A stretch of DNA of 64,000 nt. Source: Eledone cirrhosa (Eukaryota). The translations under genes were made by a program, and so were the position numbers. The DNA lies in contig OZ024743.1 in assembly GCA_964016885.1 (NCBI GenBank), forward strand, positions 266,600,001-266,664,000, read 5' to 3'. A model generated the notes under the pieces. It was not told the DNA's origin. It did not search any database and saw nothing but the letters and a program-made list of their open reading frames with translations. The first letter of the stretch is position 1, and every line of letters starts with the position of its first letter. Positions 42,255 to 54,199 of the stretch are shown in pieces.

Positions 42255-43120
42255 TACACATATAGATACATACATACACATACATACATACATATACACA
42301 CATATATAAATACACACATACATACATACATACATACACACACACATACATACACACACATACATATTCATACATAGACATAGATATATATTCACACACA
42401 CATACGCACTTACATATACGCATATATACAAATACATACGCATCCATATATGCGTATATACATACAAACACCACTACACTCTCACACAACTCAGACATAC
42501 AAAGAAAAAGGTATATACATATACATATATACACACATAAATAGAGATACATATACACATATATATATATATATACATACATATATATATATATATACCC
42601 ACACACACATACAACCATAAACACACATACAAACACATACATACATACATATATACATATATATACACACACACAAAAACACACATACACATATATATTT
42701 ACATATATATATATATATACATACATATACACACCCTCACATATATATATATACACATAAGTTATATTATAATAATAAATAATATATATATATATACACG
42801 TACAAATATATATATACATAGACATACACATATATATATACACACACACACACACACTCACATATATATGTGCGCACACGTACATATATACACATACACA
42901 CATATACACATAAACATATACATGTGCATACATGTACATACACACATATACCCACATAGATACGAAGATACACATATATATAGAGAGACATACATATACA
43001 TACACATATATACACACACATATATACACACATATATATACACACACATACACGCCCACACACACATACACATATACATATATATATATATACACACACA
43101 TATACACACATATATATACA

Positions 43121-43168
<48 letters not shown>

Positions 43169-44342
43169 ATCATACATTTTTATTTGCATGCGCATATATG
43201 TATTTTTATACTCAGATATAAACACCCAAACATATATACACCTACCTACATATATATTCATACATACACGCTTACAAATACAGATGATAATAGTATGGGG
43301 GAAAGGGGGGTGGAGAAGGGGATTATAGTAAATATATGTTTCAAGAAACATAGAATATTAATCTGTATTTGGATCTCAATATATGTTTTTACATAGTTTC
43401 AGTGTTAGGAAATGCAAGAAATAAGGTAAAATTATGCATTTCAAAATAAGTATACCATTAATTATAGGTTAACTAAACTAAAGATAGTTAACATATTGAT
43501 TTCTAATGTGTAAATTACTTAGGTTTATGATATTTGAAGCAGAATTTTGAAGTTAAATAGTAGTAGAGTATTAATTATAGTATAACTAAATTAAAATTAT
43601 TAACGTTATGGTATCAATATTAGGAAATGAATTTAGTAATAGGGAAAAAACAAATAAAGTATTACATCGGTAGTAGAATATAAATTATAGGTTAACTAAA
43701 TTAAAAATTATATATTAATTTCTATAGTATATGTTAATTAGGTATATAATAAATAAAACAGATATTGTATTTTATCAATAGCAGAATATAATTATATGCA
43801 AATAGAAATCAAAATTAATACATATATATATACATATACATACACATATATATATATACACATATATATACATACATACACATACATATACATACATACA
43901 TATACATATTTTTTCAAAAATTGCAAAGAATATATTAACTAGGTATACATCCAAAACACATCCCATTCTATGATTACATGACACTCTGCAATCCGTCTGT
44001 ATTAGGATACTAATATTAAGCCAATTAAATTAAATTTTTAGGTTGACTAAATTTAAAACCAAATTATAAATATATTTCTAAAATGTATATTAATTAGGTC
44101 TATAATACTAAAAATTATTTCTCTGTCATTGAATACACGATATTTTGTTATATTTTATCTGTAAAGGAATTTTAATAAAGGGTTAAATAAATTAAAATTA
44201 ATCTATAAATTAAATTACTAAGTATATATTAGTAATATTTAAAGGTTTTTCACAATTTATGATTACACAATATTTTATATTCTCATCTGTAGTAGAATTT
44301 TAATTAAATTAAATTTATAGGTTAACTAACATTTAAATTAAA

Positions 44343-44639
44343 TTATATATTAATTTCTAAAATAATGTTATTAATTAGGTTTATAATATTTAAATGTTTT
44401 TTTAGTTTATGATTACACGATATAATTAATTCCTGTCGTTTATTTAATAGGATATCCTTAGATTTCATTATTTCAAATAGTTCTCGGGAACATAATCTGC
44501 ATTCATTTCTATTATTTTGATAAGGGGTGGCTCTTTTGAGCACACTCCAGGTCAAATCATATTCTATATTCTTATTTTTATAACTATTGATTTTTTCTGC
44601 TAGAGATGTTGTATTAGCCAGTGCGGCATTTTTAAAACT
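44343..44639 (-). pseudogene. C-terminal fragment of lineage-A PLE GIY-YIG endonuclease
   Basis: SFKNAALANTTSLAEKI..TWSVLKRATPYQ..CRLCSRE..LLNKRQELIISCNH, collinear with 37580-37830. Confidence 0.85.
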
Positions 44640-45230
44640 AAGTTTTAAAAATGCCGCACTGGCATTTTTAAAACTTAGTTTTTATAAAACTTAGTTTTTT
44701 ATAGTTAACCTATAATTTATATTCTACTACCGATGTAATACTTTATTTGTTTTTTCCCTATTACTAAATTCATTTCCTAATATTGATACCATAACGTTAA
44801 TAATTTTAATTTAGTTATACTATAATTAATACTCTACTACTATTTAACTTCAAAATTCTGCTTCAAATATCATAAACCTAACTAATTTACACATTAGAAA
44901 TCAATATGTTAACTATCTTTAGTTTAGTTAACCTATAATTAATGGTATACTTATTTTGAAATGCATAATTTTACCTTATTTCTTGCATTTCCTAACACTG
45001 AAACTATGTAAAAACATATATTGAGATCCAAATACAGATTAATATTCTATGTTTCTTGAAACATATATTTACTATAATCCCCTTCTCCACCCCCCCTTTC
45101 CCCCATACTATTAATCTGTATTTGTAAGCGTGTATGTATGAATATATATGTAGGTAGGTGTATATATGTTTGGGTGTTTATATCTGAGTATAAAAATACA
45201 TATATGCGCATGCAAATAAAAATGTATGAT

Positions 45231-45290
<60 letters not shown>

Positions 45291-46397
45291 TGTATATATA
45301 TGTGTGTATATGTGTGTGTATATATATATATATGTATATGTGTATGTGTGTGTGGGCGTGTATGTGTGTGTATATATATGTGTGTATATATGTGTGTGTA
45401 TATATGTGTATGTATATGTATGTCTCTCTATATATATGTGTATCTTCGTATCTATGTGGGTATATGTGTGTATGTACATGTATGCACCTGTATATGTTTA
45501 TGTGTATATGTGTGTATGTGTATATATGTACGTGTGCGCACATATATATGTGAGTGTGTGTGTGTGTGTGTATATATATATGTGTATGTCTATGTATATA
45601 TATATTTGTACGTGTATATATATATATATTATTTATTATTATAATATAACTTATTTGTATATATATATATGTGAGGGTGTGTATATGTATGTATATATAT
45701 ATATATGTAAATATATATGTGTATGTGTGTTTTTGTGTGTGTGTATATATATGTATATATGTATGTATGTATGTGTTTGTATGTGTGTTTATGGTTGTAT
45801 GTGTGTGTGGGTATATATATATATATATGTATGTATATATATATATATGTGTATATGTATCTCTATTTATGTGTGTATATATGTATATGTATATACCTTT
45901 TTCTTTGTATGTCTGAGTTGTGTGAGAGTGTAGTGGTGTTTGTATGTATATACGCATATATGGATGCGTATGTATTTGTATATATGCGTATATGTAAGTG
46001 CGTATGTGTGTGTGAATATATATCTATGTCTATGTATGAATATGTATGTGTGTGTATGTATGTGTGTGTGTATGTATGTATGTATGTATGTGTGTATTTA
46101 TATATGTGTGTATATGTATGTATGTATGTGTATGTATGTATCTATATGTGTATGTATATGTGTATATATATATATATATATGTGTATATATATATATATA
46201 TATATGTTTATTATATATGTGTGTGTATGTGTGTGTATATATATCTTTATATATGTGTATGTGTATGTATGTGTATGTATGTGTAGGTGTGTGTGTGTGT
46301 GTGACTATATATGTATGTGTGTATGTGTGTATGTATGTATGTGTATGTGTGTGTGCATGTATGTATGTGTATATATATATATATGTATATATATGTG

Positions 46398-46431
<34 letters not shown>

Positions 46432-46952
46432 TGTATATGTATCTCTATTTGTATGTGTATATGTATATGTATATACCTTTTTCTTAGTATGTCTGAGTCG
46501 TGTGAGAGTGTAGTGGTGTTTGTATGTATATACGGATATATGGATGCGTAAGTATTTGTATATATGCGTATATGTAAGTGCGTATGTGTGTGTGAATATA
46601 TATCTATGTCTATGTATGAGTATGTATGTGTGTGTATGTATGTGTGTATGTGTGTATGTATGTATATGTAAGTGCGTATGTGTGTGTGAATATATATCTA
46701 TGTCTATGTATGAGTATGTATGTGTCTGTATGTATATGTGTGTATATATATGTATGTATGTGTATGTCTGTATGTATATAAGTATGTATGTGTATGTATA
46801 TGTGCGTGTATGTGTATATATGTGTGTGTATATATGTGTGTGTGTATATATGTGTATATATGTGTGTATATGTATATATATGTATGTGTGTATATGTATG
46901 TATGTATGTATGTATATGTTTATATATGTGTGTGTGTGTGTGTTGTATGTGT

Positions 46953-47000
<48 letters not shown>

Positions 47001-47609
47001 TTGATACATTTCTTTTTTCTTTTTTCTTTTTCTTTTCTTTTCTTTTTATTTATAAGTTTATAGATACATCTATAAATAAGCAGTCTGCCGAAACCGTTGA
47101 ATACTGACCTTTCCCCCCCTCCCACCTAATTTCTGTATCTGGATCTAAATGTGTGTGGCAGTGTATATGTGCGTGCTTTAATATCCATGTGCTTATGATA
47201 ATATTATATCCACATATATATGTGTGTGGGGGTGTGTGGGGGTGTGTATGTTCGTAATTATGTGTATGTTTATGCATATACGCGCGTGTGTGTGTGAGTG
47301 TACGGATATGTGTGAGTATGTGAATATGTGTATACACTTATTTCATATTTATGTGTCTATACGCATTTTATCTGTGGATTATAAACTTACAGAGACATTA
47401 GCCTTGAATTTTTGTATTTGCATACATCTTTTTGGCATGCGTATGCATGTTGAGCATATATCTTTGTATAAATATGTGTACGAGGTTAGTTACATGTATA
47501 TACACACACCAAACTGCATAAAAAATTTTTGTATTTTCATTGGTCAATTTGAACTCCGTTCCCAAACGGACCTGAAATTTTGAATTGTAGTTATTATCAA
47601 TAAATATAT

Positions 47610-47764
47610 TTCATTATTTCTGAAGACGGCATATATGTGTGTTTGGTATGTATATTTAATCTTGATAGTTTGTATAATTTTGTATAATTTTGTACATAGA
47701 TCTGTTGAATATGCATGCCAATTCTAACACATATATATCCTAGAAACGATCGTTAAATAATGAA
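47610..47764 (+). ncRNA. Hammerhead with 116-nt stem II region
   Basis: ttcattattt-CTGAAGA-[cggcatatatgtgt..tggtatgtatattt...gaatatgcatgcca..acacatatatatccta]-GAAA-cgatcg-TT-aaataatgaa; 10-bp stem I. Confidence 0.8.
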
Positions 47765-48145
47765 CTTTTTTTGTTTAATATAAGGAACTGTTTCATTGTT
47801 TTATTCATTATTTGTTTAATATTTTATCTTGACTCTGTATTCCGTTTATCTTTCACCGAAAGTGATTTTTCATTGCATCTCTTCTTTCCATGATATCCGG
47901 AATACATTGTGTTCTTCATACGGATTGGACACTACCGTAAACTCTTGGTAGATTTATCTACATATATATATATATATATATATAAAAGACGTCTTTTATA
48001 TTATTTACGTGTTTTATATTATTTATGTCTTTTATATTATTGTTCTGCATCCTCCTGCATTGAACCACCTAGGTACTATGACATATCCTGTGTATTTGCT
48101 GGCATTAGCGTACATCTGTGCGCTTATGTTACTAGATATATTAAA

Positions 48146-48254
<109 letters not shown>

Positions 48255-48286
48255 GATTCCAGCATACATATGCTTGCATTATAATA

Positions 48287-48476
48287 GGGCGGTGGATTGG
48301 CAGTATCGGTAGAGGGTCGGACGCCATGCTTTCCAGCATAGTTACGTCCCTTTATGATCTGAGTTCAAATCCCGCCGAGGTTGACTTTGCCTTTCATCCT
48401 TACGGGGTCGATAAAATAAAGTACAAGTAATGTACTGGGTAATTGCTGGCCTTGTGCCTAAAGTAGAAACAATTAT
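48287..48476 (+). mobile_element. tRNA-derived SINE (~190 bp); central domain resembles Meta/MESC-type (from memory)
   Basis: A-box-like TGGCAGTATCGG, B-box GAGTTCAAATCC; five dispersed copies in the window. Confidence 0.9.
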
Positions 48477-48918
48477 AATAGGATGGTAATATATGACCAA
48501 CGACATATCCTGTGATTGTATAAGCGTACATACATAACATATATAAAGGTATATAAGTATATGTATATGTACATGTTATTTTGGATGCCCGTTGACTCTC
48601 CTGATTTCCTGTGCCCTTGGTCATGGTTTGATATTCATCCCACAGGGGCACTAACTCACCCTCCTCACCAATCAAGCTGGGTGAGGGCGCTGGATTAGTC
48701 GTTAATCACTGCCTACATGTTACCAGTACTACTCAGGACAAAATCTGTTTGATTTGTTTGAAATCATCATACGAATGAAACGGTTTTAGTGCTGCAGAAG
48801 TCATTTCTCTACATAATAAAGAAACCTATACTCTATCAACGTATTGTGGCCTTTTGTAACTCTGGGTACACCCCAACACCATTTGGGAACCTACATATAT
48901 ATATATAGAAATATATAC

Positions 48919-49110
48919 AAGAATGAGTCAGGATCCCGACAGCTGAGCTCTTTCCGTTTTAACGGCTAGTTCTAGACGGAAACTAGCTGCTGAAACGACA
49001 AGAGCTCAGCCGCCTGGGTCGTGAGTTATTCTTATAACCAAATTCTACTACTCTTAGTATCGAGTACTCTGGTGAGTACTGGTCTAAACAGTTTCTTACT
49101 GAATACGTGT
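48919..49110. repeat. Older copy of the hairpin-ended element at 33708-33902
   Basis: Imperfect hairpin 48919-49033; tail ctactac..gagtactctggtg matches the reverse complement of 33720-33785. Confidence 0.8.
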
Positions 49111-49132
49111 ATATACAACTCTCACCTCCCCT

Positions 49133-49190
<58 letters not shown>

Positions 49191-49318
49191 AGGTTATATT
49201 TAAAATTGTTGGGTTACAACTAGTAAATATTTATAACTGATATAAAAGCACTCGACAAATATTTGGAGTATATTTACAATATTAAATAAATGGAAAACTA
49301 TATTTATAAAACCATATT

Positions 49319-49384
49319 TATTTCATTATATATATTTCGGGGATATCATATTAACAATATGCTATGCCTTCATCAGACAAAATA
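49319..49384 (-). ncRNA. Type-I hammerhead ribozyme
   Basis: Minus strand: tattttgt-CTGATGA-aggcatag-catatt/gtt/aatatg-atatcccc-GAAA-tatata-TA-atgaaata. Confidence 0.75.
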
Positions 49385-49759
49385 CAATATAAACAGTTTT
49401 ATAGATAAATATATTCGACATACCGTAATAAACATCAACTTCATTTGAAGAGGTTTACGCTAGCAGTGAAAATACAGAGAGAAAGAAAGAGAGAAAGAAA
49501 AGAGGGAAAAAAAAGAAAGAAAGAGAGACAAAACGAAGAAAAGGAAGAAAAAGAAGAAAAAGAAAAAGAAAAAGAAAAAAGAAGAAATGCATGGAACAAA
49601 ATAGAGAGATGGAAAAATAGATAAAGCGAAGAGCTTCATGTAAAGAGACAGAAAGAGATAAATATATATATAGAGAGAGGAAATAGAGATAGATACATAT
49701 ATATATATAGAAAATTAGGTAGTGGGAGGTCATTTTGAGTAAGTGTATCAATGATACAT

Positions 49760-49794
<35 letters not shown>

Positions 49795-50289
49795 GCTCAA
49801 GTATTAATGTAAGGGAGATATATAGAGAGATATAGAGAGATATATAGAGAGAAAAATTTAAAAATAGCCAGACATATTCGAGGCGTAGAAAACCCTATGT
49901 TTTAATGTATTAGTATTTATAAAACTTACACTATATTGTAAATATCGGTATTCCTGAATGAAACAAGTATTCATAATGTGTGAAAATTCATTATCTTATG
50001 TTTAGTTTTAAAAAAATTCATATGTTTATGTGACAGCTACAAACATCAATGTGAATCCAACTGATTCACTCCGCAAACTCTAAGTTATCGGAAGACATTC
50101 TCAATGTGGTATAGAAATTTGAGCGTATTATTATTCTTGCGATTACTCGACAAGATTATCTATCAAGCAGAAATAAACAAAGATAACAATAATAATAATA
50201 ATAAGTAAAAATATATAAAAAAATATAGAATAGAAAACTAAAAAATATTACGAAAGAATATTATATAATAGATAGCATTACAATAATTC

Positions 50290-50932
50290 TAAAGTAACCA
50301 GTGAAAGACTTGATACATCTACATATGTATACGTGTGTGTATTCATATGCATACTAGTATTTCAGTATACATATATGGATGTACATTTTTAACTTAATTG
50401 TTTAAGCATCAGTCATACAAAAGTGAGTTACAAACGAAACGAAATTTAATTTCGTTTCGTTATTTGTTTTTATCGTCTCCGTTGAACCGGTACGTACTCA
50501 CACTCTATGCAAATTGGTCTCCCCACTACTAATTTTCATAGAAAAAGCATATAACGATATGTGCTTTTACGATTCTCCAGAAAGGCCGGTAGATAGGTAA
50601 ATATTGCTGATGAGTTGTAACAACAACGAAACTAGTTCCATATTCCTTGTCTGGCTTTCTGGAGAATAGAGGAAAGGTGTTTCCTCAAAAACCGGTATGA
50701 CTCTAAAAACCGGTTTGTCTGTGTGTTTACATACAGAATAGCTGGATACTCACAGTAAAGTAACCAGTGAAAGACTTGGTACATCTACATATGTATACGT
50801 GTGTGTATTCATATGCATACTAGTATTTCAGTATACATATATGTATGTACATTTTTAACTTAATTGTTTAAGCGTCAGTCGTACAAAAGTGAGTTACAAA
50901 CGAAACGAAATTTAATTTCGTTTCGTTATTTG

Positions 50933-50937
<5 letters not shown>
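50290..50937 (+). mobile_element. pLTR-like module with partial tandem duplication (50290-50473 repeats 50756-50939)
   Basis: ~180-bp direct repeat; homologous to 22827-23123; has ATGCAAAT and an HHR; ends in (TA)n. Confidence 0.8.
50601..50644 (+). ncRNA. Minimal type-I hammerhead
   Basis: atattg-CTGATGA-gttgt/aaca/acaac-GAAA-ctag-TT-ccatat; the sister copy at 22810-22826 reads TC-caatat, restoring stem I. Confidence 0.8.
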
Positions 50938-51020
<83 letters not shown>

Positions 51021-51293
51021 TGTGTGTGTGTGTAAGTGTTTAAATGTGTGCATATGTGTGTGTGTGTGTGTGTGTTTGTTTGTGTGTGTGTAGAAATTGC
51101 TTCTTCACGACTACATCCTTTGTACGAAATCAAGAATGAAACAGTGCTAGTCTTGTAGACGCGATTTCTGAATATGTAATAAAGATGCCTATAATATACC
51201 AATGTATTGAGCATATTTTTCGAATGTAGTAGCGCAACACAAGTCGGGAATCTATATTCTATATCTATACATAGCCCTCTCCCTCTTTCTCTC

Positions 51294-51380
<87 letters not shown>

Positions 51381-51670
51381 CCACATTGGCATATGGTTGG
51401 ATAAAACAGGTGTCGCTATATGTTTTTTTGCGTGTGGGGATATATACTTTATTATTATTAATCTCTTCCTGGTCGAGATAAAATTTGGTCGTTTTGACTG
51501 CTGCTATTTATAGTGGTAGTAGATTGACCTCCATGCATCTGCCTTCTATCTTTGCACACGGCACTGGACAGAATTGCTTCCACATCATTCATTCTCATCT
51601 CGGGAACAATTTTGAATAGCGCCAGTTCGAAATTCGAACTCGGGAATTTTATATTCTCCGAGTGAAAAGA

Positions 51671-51757
51671 ACCTTCGGACGAGAGTTTATCTTTTCAATG
51701 GAGACCCATAAGGACTATCCATTTATTTTTGAGACTCGAAACCGTTTCGGTAAAGGT
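51671..51757 (+). ncRNA. Hammerhead with extended stem II (U4>G)
   Basis: acctt-CGGACGA-gagttt..aatgga..tccatt..agactc-GAAA-ccg/ttt/cgg-TA-aaggt. Confidence 0.7.
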
Positions 51758-51824
51758 AACCATAGTAAGTACAGTGAATTTTTTGAAATTTATTTTGAAA
51801 CTTTTTCTTATTTGCTAAACCTTG

Positions 51825-51860
<36 letters not shown>

Positions 51861-51988
51861 AAAGTTTTATTTAAAATTGTTCGGTTACAACAAGTAAATA
51901 TTTTATAACTGATATAAAGCACTCGACAAGTTTTTGGAGTAGATATACGATATTAAACAAATGGAAACTATATTTATAAAACCATATT

Positions 51989-52054
51989 TATTTCATTATA
52001 CATATTTCAGGGATATCATATTAAAAATATGGCATGCCTTCGTCAGATAAAATA
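51989..52054 (-). ncRNA. Type-I hammerhead ribozyme
   Basis: Inverted copy of 52910-52975. Confidence 0.75.
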
Positions 52055-52909
52055 CAATATATAAACAGTTTTATAAATAATTTTGACGTACAATAAATAT
52101 AAGCGACCATTAAGGTAGGAAGCTGGCTTGGTAGTGAAGTGTTTATAAATATTTAGTGTTAAGCACAGTTATAAAGAAAGATGGAGAAAAAGAAGAAATA
52201 TATGTAAAGAAAAACAGAGAGGAAAATAGAGAGTGAGATAGGGGAGAGAGAAATAGGGAGGAGGTGAAAAAGAGAGGCAACCGAAGAGCTATATCTAGAG
52301 AGAGGGATGATAGAGTTACATCTTTACGTCATGTCCTATCAATTTGAATTATTATCCCTCTCTCTAGATATAGCTCTTTCTTCTCTTCTCTCTTTATGTA
52401 TGATGAAGTTTATGTATCTTTCGTTTTGACTTTGCCTCTCATGTTTCTCTCTTATTTCTCTCTTGATTTTCACCTCCCCCTATATAATTATTATTATTTT
52501 TTCTCCCTCATTCTTTACCTCCCACCTCTCTCTCTCTCTGTCTTCTCTTCATCTCCATTTTTTCTTTCTCTCCGTCTCTTCTCTAACTGTGCTTAACACT
52601 ATAACTAAATAATTACCGTACTCCCTCCCTCTTAAAACTCTCAATTTGTATAATGAATTATTATTATTCATCTGTTGCCTTCGGTTGCCTCTCTTTTTTC
52701 ACCTCCTCCCTATTTCTCTCTCCCCTATCTCTCTCTATTTTTCTCTCTGTTTTTCTTTACATACATTTCTTCTTTTTCTCCATCTTTCTTTATAACTGTG
52801 CTTAACACTAAATATTTATAAACACTTCACTACCAAGCCAGCTTCCTACCTTAATGGTCGCTTATATTTATGGTACGTCAAAATTATTTATAAAACTGTT
52901 TATATATTG

Positions 52910-52975
52910 TATTTTATCTGACGAAGGCATGCCATATTTTTAATATGGTATCCCTGAAATATGTATAATGAAATA
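52910..52975 (+). ncRNA. Type-I hammerhead ribozyme
   Basis: tattttat-CTGACGA-aggc-atgccatatt/ttt/aatatggtat-ccct-GAAA-tatgta-TA-atgaaata. Confidence 0.8.
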
Positions 52976-53014
52976 AATATGGTTTTATAAATATAGTTTC
53001 CATTTGTTTAATAT

Positions 53015-53051
<37 letters not shown>

Positions 53052-53053
<2 letters not shown>

Positions 53054-53949
53054 CAGCTGACGATGGAAACTCCTTTCCTCCTTTCTCCTTTCTCCCACTG
53101 TTCCGTCCTAACCACCATCCTAAACCTTGTTTTTAGTAACCACACAGTCCCTTTCGTTTCATAACTTTTTGTTTTTACCGCTGTGACCCTACCTGCTTTG
53201 GCGATCTGTGTTCCCTCCACACTTTTGCATCGACCCTCCCTTCTCTCTTCCCTTCTGCTCAATCTCGTTTTTTCTCTCTCTCTATCCATCCGTTCGGTTT
53301 TGATTGTTGACATGTTTACACGTGCCGTGGTGGCTTCTCTGTCTGCAATCTTTGCGGCACGTTTTTACCACCGTCGTAAAAAAAACCTTCTGGATTATCT
53401 CCCTTTCCTTTCTCCTCCTCACTTTTGGTTGGCCGTATCTCTCTCTCCCTATGTGAGAGGCAGCACGATTATTCCAGCTCTGAGTCGTAGCTGACCACCA
53501 GGCTAAAGTCTCCCAAGTTGGCTACAACTTACTTACTTTCCCTATTTTTCCATGGTTACTTTTTTGCATGTTTCATTCACCTGTGTCTTCCCACGATGGG
53601 ACCTGTACACTCTTTTTGTTCTCGTATTCCTTCCTATTTTCCCCCTTCCCCCTTTCTTCATCTTTTTCCTCCCTGTTCTTTCTTCTTTCCCTCTCTTTCC
53701 TTTTCCCTCTCCCTTTTCTCCCCTTTTTTCTCTCTTTCTCTCTCCTTTTCCACCTGGCCTTTTGATTAATAAAACGCCTCGGGCGCACCCGAAATACACC
53801 GATGTCCTGTATTTCAGCGGTGAAACATCGGCTCGTGAAACATTTACAGCTGACGATGGAAACTCCTTTCTTCCTTTCACCTCGTGTTCTGTCCTAACCA
53901 CCATACTAAACTTTGTTTTTAGGAACCACACAGCTCCTTTCGTTTCATA

Positions 53950-53954
<5 letters not shown>
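53052..53954 (+). mobile_element. ~900-bp non-coding element with ~110-bp diverged direct terminal repeats, inserted in (TA)n
   Basis: tacagctgacgatggaaactcctttc...ctttcgtttcataacttt at 53052-53168 and 53845-53954. Confidence 0.7.
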
Positions 53955-54004
<50 letters not shown>

Positions 54005-54010
<6 letters not shown>

Positions 54011-54193
54011 GTTTCTACTTTAGGCACAAGGCCAGCAATTACCCAGTGCATTACTGGTACTTTATTTTATCGACCCCGTAAGGATGAAAGGCAAAGTCAA
54101 CCTCGGCGGGATTTGAACTCAGACGTAAAGGGACGTAACTATGCTGGAAAGCATGGCGTCCAACCCTCTACCGATACTGCCAATCCACCGCCC
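54005..54193 (-). mobile_element. tRNA-derived SINE
   Basis: Reverse complement of the 48287 family; in (TA)n. Confidence 0.92.
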
Positions 54194-54199
54194 TATATA

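Larger units (their letters stand above)
40652..47827. mobile_element. Lineage-A PLE 3' end with ~3.05-3.1 kb inverted arms (40652-43698 and 44702-47827)
   Basis: Unique segments of the arms are near-identical reverse complements; the spacer holds a GIY-YIG C-terminus; each arm has an HHR near its outer end. Confidence 0.9.
51860..53014. mobile_element. Inverted pLTR-like pair (51950-52286 and 52679-53014) with a nested small inversion
   Basis: Near-identical inverted arms; 52284-52312 also mirrors 52350-52378; same family as 49195-49445; flanked by (TA)n. Confidence 0.88.

Noticed and set aside
41346-47583. Long ORFs up to 418 aa rich in Y/I/C/V/H/T
   Set aside because: Translations of TA/TG/CA repeats; the same applies to similar ORFs across the window.
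48287-48380. tRNA gene (A and B boxes)
   Set aside because: It is the head of a dispersed ~190-bp SINE; one copy has a TSD; no convincing cloverleaf.
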